A stretch of 30,146 bases of DNA, from assembly GCA_000214015.2 (NCBI GenBank), contig CAID01000007.2:250927-281072 (forward strand). The letters run 5' to 3'. Source of the DNA: Ostreococcus tauri (taxonomy: Eukaryota). Under the pieces are notes generated by a model. It saw only the letters and a program-made list of their open reading frames with translations, had not been told where the DNA came from and searched no databases. This document shows, in pieces, positions 15,999 to 22,298 of this stretch. The translations under genes and the position numbers were made by a program. Every line of letters begins with the position of its first letter. The stretch's first letter is position 1.

Positions 15999-17237
15999 CT
16001 ACTTTGAAATCTTCTCGGTAGCAGAGGAGATGACACGGTCGAACGCCTTGGACACGCCGTCGATGACGTTTGGCTTGTAGCCGACGAGCTCCGTAGAGAT
16101 ATCAAACATGGCGTTCGCCTTGGCCATGTCTCGGCCCTCGCGCGAAGGCTTGTTGTTGAACGCAATCGTGCGTGTGTCCTCGTTGTTATTGTTGAAGTTA
16201 TCCCAGAGCTGGTCGCCGCCGCCCTTCCAAGCCCAGTACGCGCCTTGTTCGGTGTATCGCGGATCGTACACGATGGACGCGAGGCGCTGGCCAGCTTCTT
16301 CTTCACTGACGTAACCCTTAGTGACGTTCTTTTGAAGTATCGGGAAAAGCCAACGGAAAAAAGGAGTGTGGTTACGGAACAAGTTAGAATCAGCGATGCA
16401 ACCGGGGTACATGGTGCTGAACTTTATGCCGGTGGATTCGCCGTAACGCTCGGCGAAAACCTTGATGTCGAGCATGTTGCAGAGCTTAGAATCCTTGTAC
16501 GCCTTAGCACCGATGAATCGCGAGCCGTCGATGTGCGCTCCTTGGTTACGATCGCTGTTCTTGAAGCCGTTCCTCAATCCGGAGAGGTCGCCCAAACCGG
16601 CGCGCGGCGGTACCTGACCGGCGAGCGTGTTCGTGTTCCCGGTGACCGAACCGACGATTATGAGTCGCTTCATGTTCGCATCCGGCGCCTTGGCCAGGTC
16701 ATCGAGCAGTTCTAAGCACATCAAGTGATGGGCGAGGTGATTCACCCCGACGCACTCCTCGAAACCGTCCTTGGTGTACGACGGCACCGTGGCGTTCGGC
16801 AGATACAGCGCCGCGTTGCACACGAGCGCCTGAAAATTTTTCACGTACGGAGATCGTCGGAACCCCGAGCAGAACTCTCGCACGCTCGCCAACTCGCCGA
16901 GTTCACAGTACATCACCGCGTACGACTTCTTATCGAACCCGAGCTCGTTCGCCTTGGTCTCGCCCTTTCGCGGGTCTCGCACAGCCATGACGACAAAGTA
17001 TCCCTTTTCGATCAGCGCCTTGGCCGTGTACAGACCGAGACCGGACGACGCGCCCGTGATGATGGCCACCGGCTTATTCGCCCCGTTGCTCGGCATGATA
17101 TTTTGCGACGACGAGCCCGCGGCGCGCGCGACCGCGAGCGTCGACGTCCGACGCGCGCGCGACGTGGACGGCTGACGAATCGCGGGCGCGCGACGCGTTC
17201 GCGTCGGCGCGCGATAGTGCGCGGCCACGGCGCGCAT
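15999..17237 (-). CDS. POR: Light-dependent NADPH:protochlorophyllide oxidoreductase (LPOR), plastid-targeted.
   Basis: From ORF 15999..17237, with the ATG at 17237. The SDR Rossmann motif is AIITGASSGLGL. The LPOR-specific block is IIVGSVTGNTNTLAGQVPP. The catalytic motif is YKDSKLCNM. Further blocks are FSTMYPGCIADSNLFRNHTPFFRWLFPILQKNVTKGYVSEEEAG and GAYWAWKG. The N-terminus is Arg/Ala/Ser/Thr-rich and transit-peptide-like. Confidence 0.95.
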   Translation of the reverse strand: MRAVAAHYRAPTRTRRAPAIRQPSTSRARRTSTLAVARAAGSSSQNIMPSNGANKPVAIITGASSGLGLYTAKALIEKGYFVVMAVRDPRKGETKANELGFDKKSYAVMYCELGELASVREFCSGFRRSPYVKNFQALVCNAALYLPNATVPSYTKDGFEECVGVNHLAHHLMCLELLDDLAKAPDANMKRLIIVGSVTGNTNTLAGQVPPRAGLGDLSGLRNGFKNSDRNQGAHIDGSRFIGAKAYKDSKLCNMLDIKVFAERYGESTGIKFSTMYPGCIADSNLFRNHTPFFRWLFPILQKNVTKGYVSEEEAGQRLASIVYDPRYTEQGAYWAWKGGGDQLWDNFNNNNEDTRTIAFNNKPSREGRDMAKANAMFDISTELVGYKPNVIDGVSKAFDRVISSATEKISK

Positions 17238-17353
17238 CGTGCGCGATGTGACGCCGGTGTGCGGAGACGATCGCGCGCGGAGACGAGTCGGGCGACGACG
17301 TGTGCGGCGAGATGCGCGATGACGATGGGTCGAGGTTATCCAATCGAGGACGC

Positions 17354-17393
17354 GTCGAGATCGTCGAGATCGTCGAGATCGTCGAGCTCGTCG
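17354..17393. repeat. Tandem 9-bp repeat (GTCGAGATC x3, GTCGAGCTC, GTCG) abutting a TATATATAT tract.
   Basis: Read directly. The units are at 17354, 17363, 17372 and 17381. TATATATAT follows at 17394..17402, about 160 bp upstream of the POR ATG on the minus strand. Confidence 0.9.
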
Positions 17394-17599
17394 TATATAT
17401 ATTGGTGGCGTTGCGTGAAACGTGTTATACCACTATTGCCGGGTCATGACTCCGAAAAGAACCCCGATTCGGATACAATAAGAGCCGTAACATGTACGAT
17501 ACAAAGGTTAATGTGCTGGGCTGGCGGAAAATTCGTAGTCGTGTAGTATCGAGCGCGTTCAGCCTATTTCCAGGCAAGACGAACGCCTCGGCAACGATC

Positions 17600-17616
17600 C
17601 ACGTGTAATGACGTGA
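17600..17616. promoter_or_regulatory. G-box (CACGTG) plus an adjacent TGACGTGA ACGT-core element between POR and tRNA-Asp.
   Basis: CACGTG lies at 17600..17605 and TGACGTGA at 17609..17616. They are about 365-380 bp upstream of the POR ATG and about 30-45 bp upstream of the tRNA. This is a motif match only. Confidence 0.25.
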
Positions 17617-17643
17617 GTCCAGTGCCCTCTCCCGAGCGGCGCG

Positions 17644-17752
17644 TTCGCGATCGTATAGTGGTCAGTATGCTCGGCTGTCATTCTCAGCTACAGCTCGGCT
17701 GTCATCTCAGCTCAGCTCCCGAGAGACCGGGGTTCAATTCCCCGTCGCGAAA
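17644..17752 (+). tRNA. trnD-GUC: tRNA-Asp (anticodon GUC) with a 37-nt intron at the canonical 37/38 position.
   Basis: Folded by hand. The acceptor stem TTCGCGA (17644..17650) pairs perfectly with TCGCGAA (17745..17751), and the discriminator is A17752. The D-arm is GTAT/AGTGGTCA/GTAT, as in eukaryotic tRNA-Asp. The anticodon stem CTCGG (17670..17674) pairs with CCGAG (17719..17723). The loop is C-T-G-T-C-A, then the intron, then C. The variable loop is AGAC. The T-arm is CGGGG TTCAATT CCCCG. The mature length is 72 nt. Confidence 0.9.
17681..17717 (+). other. tRNA-Asp intron, which contains a second copy of the anticodon-arm sequence.
   Basis: Removing TTCTCAGCTACAGCTCGGCTGTCATCTCAGCTCAGCT is required to restore a 7-nt anticodon loop and the CTCGG/CCGAG stem. 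GCTCGGCTGTCAT occurs at 17669..17681 and again at 17693..17705. Confidence 0.75.
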
Positions 17753-17759
17753 ATTTCTC

Positions 17760-17763
17760 TTTT
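17760..17763 (+). terminator. Candidate Pol III terminator T-run downstream of tRNA-Asp.
   Basis: The sequence AATTTCTCTTTTG immediately follows the discriminator base. TTTT lies at 17760..17763. Confidence 0.5.
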
Positions 17764-17875
17764 GCATCTAACGAGAGGCTTGAACCAACGGCACGTTAAT
17801 AATGCTCACATTTTTTTGGACGACGAAGACGAGGATGGGCAGGAATAAATAAATAATGACGCGCCAGCGGCGAGA

Positions 17876-18979
17876 TTACAAAGACGCGTAGTCGTCGGGC
17901 AATCCGCACGGCGAACCAACGCGACGTTGATGCACCCAGACGCGCACGATCCATTTCTCTTCCGTGGCCTCCGCGCCCTCGTGCTCGACGCGCTCGTCGA
18001 ACTCGCCGTCGACGTTCGCCGGGAAAAATAAGAGCGCCCGTCCTTTCGCCGGTTGCACGGCGAGACCGTCCTCCAGACGGCCGAACACTGTCTGTCCTCC
18101 ACCTTTGATTTCGTCGACGTCGTTTAAGTATACCAACAGCGTCGCGAGCGTCTGTCCTCCGCGGTCGGCATCTTCGACGTCCGCGCGTTGATTCGCGTCG
18201 AAGTGGGGCGCCAACTTTTGCCCGGGCTCGTATCGAATAACCGTCGGCGCCTCGTACTGCGTCCACGAGGTCTCCGGGAGCAATCTTTCCGTCGCGCGTA
18301 TGAGTTCGCGTTCGCCCGCGCCCGAACCATCGAGCGCGGTGCTCGTGCTCGTGCGAAGCTCCCTCAGCTCAGCTTCCTTCATCGCCACCGTTGACATCGA
18401 GGCGCCGTACGCCGCGCCGACCGCGGCAAGGTACCCGACTACTCCCTCCCCGAGCAACCCCAAGCCGCTCTGTCCGAACGCAGTTGATCCTATGAGCATC
18501 GCTAGCGCCCCCACCCACACCGCGGGCCCACTGGAGACGGTGGACGTCCAAGCCTCTACATCTCGCGTCCAACCCGCGTACACCACCGGGCTCTGCGTCA
18601 TGTCCCCCTTCGCCCGCGCGCGTGCGATTACGTCCTCGCACGCGGCGGGGGATAAGAATTCGTCAATCACGAAGACGTCCGGTGAAGCGTGGAGCTGGCG
18701 CAGGCCATCGGCGTAGCGGTCGACCACGAGGTGTCGGTCGAGCGCGAGGCCTCGAGCGTGAGACTTCGACGCGCTCGCCGCGCCGAACGAGGATGACGCG
18801 CGAACAAGCGTCACGCGAGACGCCCTATAATTTCGTCGGCGCGACGCGGACGTCGATGCGCCCGCGCCACGAACGCGCGCGACGTCGACGAGGGACATCC
18901 GCGTGACACGAGCGAGGCGCCGTGTGTCGCGGCGCGAGGCAAGTCCGAGCGAGACGAAGAGGATGCCACGTTTTCCCAT
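17876..18979 (-). CDS. Prolyl 4-hydroxylase-like 2OG-Fe(II) oxygenase carrying an internal hydrophobic insertion.
   Basis: From ORF 17876..19072. The P4Hc-type core reads FVIDEFLSPAACEDVI...RTSTS...PTVIRYEPGQKLAPHFDAN, which contains the HxD motif. It continues TLLVYLNDVDEIKGGGQTVF...GRALLFFPA...RVEHEGAEATEEKWIVRVWV, with the distal His and a basic 2OG ligand. I preferred the ATG at 18979 (MGKRGILFVSLGLASRR) because 18980..19072 is AT-rich and only 41 bp from the bL21 stop. ATGs at 19072 and 18898 are alternatives. Confidence 0.75.
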   Translation of the reverse strand: MGKRGILFVSLGLASRRDTRRLARVTRMSLVDVARVRGAGASTSASRRRNYRASRVTLVRASSSFGAASASKSHARGLALDRHLVVDRYADGLRQLHASPDVFVIDEFLSPAACEDVIARARAKGDMTQSPVVYAGWTRDVEAWTSTVSSGPAVWVGALAMLIGSTAFGQSGLGLLGEGVVGYLAAVGAAYGASMSTVAMKEAELRELRTSTSTALDGSGAGERELIRATERLLPETSWTQYEAPTVIRYEPGQKLAPHFDANQRADVEDADRGGQTLATLLVYLNDVDEIKGGGQTVFGRLEDGLAVQPAKGRALLFFPANVDGEFDERVEHEGAEATEEKWIVRVWVHQRRVGSPCGLPDDYASL

Positions 18980-19113
18980 GCGTGCTAAGTCACGTATTAC
19001 ACAACTCCTAGCGAAATAATTAACCGTCGTGCGCGTGATATCATCATGACTTCTATGTGTGAATGAATCCATCGCCCTCGCGCGCTGGCCGTGCGCCTCC
19101 TCTCACCGTGCGC

Positions 19114-19499
19114 TTACGCCTTGACCACCTTGGTGACGAGGAATCGCGTCATCGCTTGGCGGTGACCGTTCTTTCTGCGATAGTGCTTCTTCGGTCTGTA
19201 TTTGAAGACGATGACCTTCTTGTCGTCGTAGTTCTCCAACACCGTCGCCTCGACGCGCGCGCCCGACACGTACGGGTGACCCCACGTCGGAGCGTTGCCA
19301 TCGTGCGTGCCGAGAACGCGCTCGAACGCGATCTTCGAGCCCGGTTCGACGCCTTTAAGGCTGTGGCACTCGTAGTATCGACCCTCGGAAACGAACTGTT
19401 GCGAGCCGCCCACCTCGATGATGGCGTCCCACTTCGGCGCGGCGCCAGTCGACGGGGGCGTGGCGAACCCGATTTGGTTGATCGAGCTCTCCGCGGTCA
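19114..19499 (-). CDS. rpl21: Organellar ribosomal protein bL21, exon 2 (mature domain).
   Basis: From ORF 19114..19500. The sequence KWDAIIEVGGSQQFVSEGRYYECHSLKGVEPGSKIAFERVLGTHDGNAPTWGHPYVSGARVEATVLENYDDKKVIVFKYRPKKHYRRKNGHRQAMTRFLVTKV matches bacterial-type L21. The ORF has no ATG (the track start is GTG) and a TGA lies 13 codons upstream. A CAG acceptor ends at 19500. Confidence 0.85.
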
Positions 19500-19690
19500 C
19501 TGCGCGAGTGAAACCAATATCGCGCGATCACACGTCAGTCGTCGCGTTCTCGCAGTCTCTCGATTTTCATCCGGGTGTCCACCGTGCGCGATCGCTTTTT
19601 CACTGTCCTCCGCGCGCGGGCCCTATCCAGGTTTTAGGTTTAGGGTCGTCCAATCGTCGCCCTCGCGCGCGTCGTTCGTCCCGCACGCAC
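19500..19690 (-). other. Spliceosomal intron (191 nt, phase 1) of the bL21 gene.
   Basis: The minus-strand sequence runs GTGCGTGCGGG...TTTCACTCGCGCAG. It has a GT..AG pair with an AAG|GTGCGT donor and a TTCAC branch-like element 9-13 nt before the acceptor. In-frame stops inside the segment make read-through impossible. Confidence 0.7.
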
Positions 19691-19835
19691 CTTCGCATCG
19701 AACGTCACGTTTGTTCGCACGAATGAGCGAAGAAACCTTCGTCCCGACGCGCTCGGCGCTCGCCTTGGAGCTCAATCGCGCGCGCGCAGACGCCGCCGAG
19801 GCGGTCGTCGCCGTCATCGTCATCGATGCGAGCAT
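19691..19835 (-). CDS. rpl21: Organellar ribosomal protein bL21, exon 1 (transit peptide).
   Basis: The ATG at 19835 gives MLASMTMTATTASAASARARLSSKASAERVGTKVSSLIRANKRDVRCE, which is transit-peptide-like. The exon ends at GAAG|GTGCGT, with the donor at 19690. Joining to 19499 is phase-consistent: G plus TG gives Val. The total is 531 nt, or 176 aa plus the stop. Confidence 0.7.
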
Positions 19836-20085
19836 GTTTCGTTCGGGTGTACTTTGTGGCTCTCGGTGCGTCCGTCACGGACTGCCGATCGAACAGGTGC
19901 TCGCGGTAAATTACTCTCGACCGGATTGACCGAGCGAGCGAGGTGTGCGGCGCGTTCCGACGCGACGTCGAGTGCGGTCGAGGCGCGCGCGCGCACTGGG
20001 AGCCTGTGCTTTCGTCTCGGGGACGGCAAAAAGGGCCACGGTGCACTACTCTGGTTATCGTAAACCCATCATTCAGCAACGTGAG

Positions 20086-21459
20086 ATGTTTTCTCGCGCG
20101 CGTGCGCCGCGTGCGACACCCGGGAGTGCAAACCGCCATCGCGCGGGACCCAGCGCATCGCGCGCGCGCGCGTCGGAGTCCGACGCGGCGCGAAGGATGC
20201 CGACGGCGCGCGATGCGTCACCGATCGAGTCCAGCCCGTTGATCGCGTCGACGCGCGCGAGCACGGGGCGAACGCTCTCGCGTGCGTCGGCTTTGGTGGT
20301 GGCTTTGGTGTTGGCGTCGGTGTTGGTGTTGGCGTCGGTGTCGACGTCCTCGACGGGCGAGAGCGCGCTCGGGCGCGCGCTCGGGTCGCGGACGCATCGC
20401 AGTCGACTTTCGGACGATGATGTGTACGCGGTTAACCGCGAGAGTGCGGCGCTTGGGTGCGAGAATGCGACGAGGCGGGCGGCCTTGGGAGGAGCGAAGC
20501 GCTTCGCGTGGTTGGTACAGAGCGCGCACGGGGTGGACCCGAACGCGCTCGCGTCGGCATCGCGAGACTTTTTCTCGCTTAGTTATGACAGCGATCCGGG
20601 GAGCGGGGATCCGTTCAAGTTCTACGCGCCAGGGACAACTTGGACGACGGGGAGAAACGCCCTGCTCGAGCGCGCGCTCGAGCGGAACCCGTTGTACGAA
20701 TACTTCGTATTCCTCGATCACGACATGATAAAATTGATGGGGCGGAATCCGCAGGCGTATATGGATAAATTCGAGGCTTGGCTCGATAGGGCAAAGCCCG
20801 CGCTTGCGTGGACGCCGTTTACAAAGGAATGGAGCCGTCGGATGTACCGCAGCGTGCAACAGCGTGTGATCCACGGTCCAGCAAGACTGGATGATAACTT
20901 TGTGGCGTTCCACACGAGCACGCTCGGAATGGTTCTCCCTTACGATTCACATTTCGACTCTACGTGCATCTTTGCCTCCGCTGAACTCGCCCATTTGCAC
21001 GCTGCGGCGTTTTACGCGCACGGGTTCCTGGGAGTGAAGGACCCGGCGCTTCACGTTCACGGCCGTGAAGAACACAGGCACCATGACGCGCAGTACAACT
21101 CAGAGGGGTGCGATTCCATTTTCGCAATGGGCAATACGGAGGCTAAAGAGTACTTCATCAACCTCTTCAGGTCGCCCCTCGTTCGGCGCTTCGCGAACGA
21201 CGGGGCCTATTCGGAAGCTTCAGCCTCCCCTCACGAAAAACCCAGAGAGTCGTTACATCGGTTCCGAAAAGGAACAACGGCGTTTAAAGAACGCTGTTCC
21301 GAGACCATTCCTAGATTTCGCATCACCCGTAAGTGGTTGGAAGAGAACGCGACGCCGGACACGCCTTGGCTGCAGCAACGCTTCGACTTCATGTCCAAAT
21401 TTCCACACCTCTTCTCTGAGGAAGGCTTCGTCGCCGACCCACCGCAGTGTCCTCCGTGA
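20086..21459 (+). CDS. Uncharacterised type II membrane protein with a GT-A-like (DxD) putative glycosyltransferase domain.
   Basis: From ORF 19945..21459; the track start is GTG and the first ATG is at 20086. An Arg/Ser-rich cytosolic tail precedes the TM helix ALVVALVLASVLVLASV (about 20287..20340). The lumenal domain contains FKFYAPGTTWTTGRNALLERALERNPLYEYFVFLDHDM. This resembles the GT2/GT-A pattern (G..ARN......Y..FLD.D), with DHD at 20716..20724. I recognised no family confidently. Confidence 0.65.
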   Translation: MFSRARAPRATPGSANRHRAGPSASRARASESDAARRMPTARDASPIESSPLIASTRASTGRTLSRASALVVALVLASVLVLASVSTSSTGESALGRALGSRTHRSRLSDDDVYAVNRESAALGCENATRRAALGGAKRFAWLVQSAHGVDPNALASASRDFFSLSYDSDPGSGDPFKFYAPGTTWTTGRNALLERALERNPLYEYFVFLDHDMIKLMGRNPQAYMDKFEAWLDRAKPALAWTPFTKEWSRRMYRSVQQRVIHGPARLDDNFVAFHTSTLGMVLPYDSHFDSTCIFASAELAHLHAAAFYAHGFLGVKDPALHVHGREEHRHHDAQYNSEGCDSIFAMGNTEAKEYFINLFRSPLVRRFANDGAYSEASASPHEKPRESLHRFRKGTTAFKERCSETIPRFRITRKWLEENATPDTPWLQQRFDFMSKFPHLFSEEGFVADPPQCPP

Positions 21460-21613
21460 TAGCTACTTATCGTAGTTAAGTTTTATAGTGCATCAATCCA
21501 CAGCCCATTCTCGGACTCGATCCGTTCTCTTCCGACGTCACGGCGCTCTTGCTCGCGAGAGGTTCCAGTAAAGAATAACAGTGACGACACACGTCATCAC
21601 TTCGCCGCTCGAT

Positions 21614-22216
21614 ATGCGCGCCGTCGCGTCGTACCAACACCTCACGCTCGCCACAATCACACCGCGCGGTCTCTCGAGACGCCGCGCGCGAGGCGGACGC
21701 GCACACCGGTCGTCGACGATCCGAACCGGGGTGGAGGAAGAGACCAACTTTGCACCGATAGACGGCGACAGCGACGACGCCCCGGGGGGCGTCGCGGACG
21801 GTCGGTTCGGTCTGGAGTGCGTCCTGTGCGTTGGGTTCACCAGGGAAGAGCTCAAGGTTTGGCGAGAGATCTTAAACGAGATCGGAGCGGATTTCATCAG
21901 GGTGAATGCGTGTGAGAAGAACGCGTTACGAGCACCGCTGGGACGGGCACTGGAGGCGACGCAAGACGACGCGAGTTCGGTGAAGCAAGCGCTTGGTGTG
22001 CCGAGAATGATGTTTTTGAGCGGCATGAGCTCAACGGAAGTACTGGAGATCATAGATGTGTATCGAGAGGAGTCTGAGGCAAGAGGGTGGGCGCCGTGCG
22101 TCTTCGCGTGCGCCGTGCCGAAAAATTACGAGACCAACGTGGGAGATTTACTTGCAGAGATCATGGACGATCACGAGCGTCTCACCGGTGCAGGATCGTG
22201 CGAGATGAATCCTTAA
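21614..22216 (+). CDS. Small conserved hypothetical protein with an organelle-presequence-like N-terminus (possibly DUF3783-like).
   Basis: From ORF 21581..22216; the track start is GTG and the first ATG is at 21614. The sequence MRAVASYQHLTLATITPRGLSRRRARGGRAHRSS precedes a compact domain. That domain reads CVLCVGFTREELKVWREILNEIGADFIRV...PRMMFLSGMSSTEVLEIIDVYREESEARGWAPCVFACAVPKNYETNVGDLLAEIMDDHERL. The codon usage is coding-like. The opposite-strand ORF 21538..22053 is low-complexity. Confidence 0.6.
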   Translation: MRAVASYQHLTLATITPRGLSRRRARGGRAHRSSTIRTGVEEETNFAPIDGDSDDAPGGVADGRFGLECVLCVGFTREELKVWREILNEIGADFIRVNACEKNALRAPLGRALEATQDDASSVKQALGVPRMMFLSGMSSTEVLEIIDVYREESEARGWAPCVFACAVPKNYETNVGDLLAEIMDDHERLTGAGSCEMNP

Positions 22217-22298
22217 TAGTAGTCGTGGTCGTTTGTAAGTGTACGCTCCCTAGGATGGCACCTTATGACAACATCGTCGCATCGTCGCTAAAAGAGTT

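Noticed and set aside
17669-17705. Reading the tRNA as tRNA-Met because CAT appears in ...GGCTGTCAT....
   Set aside because: That register gives no complementary 3' anticodon-stem strand, since no AGCCG follows. The register CTCGG / C-U-G-U-C-A / CCGAG fits the cloverleaf and matches the conserved eukaryotic tRNA-Asp body.
14134-19072. A possible functional cluster of O2-dependent enzymes: P450, ADO/PCO, P4H-like, with POR nearby.
   Set aside because: The genes are interleaved with unrelated genes, sit on different strands with their own spacers, and belong to unrelated pathways. Co-occurrence is expected by chance at this gene density.
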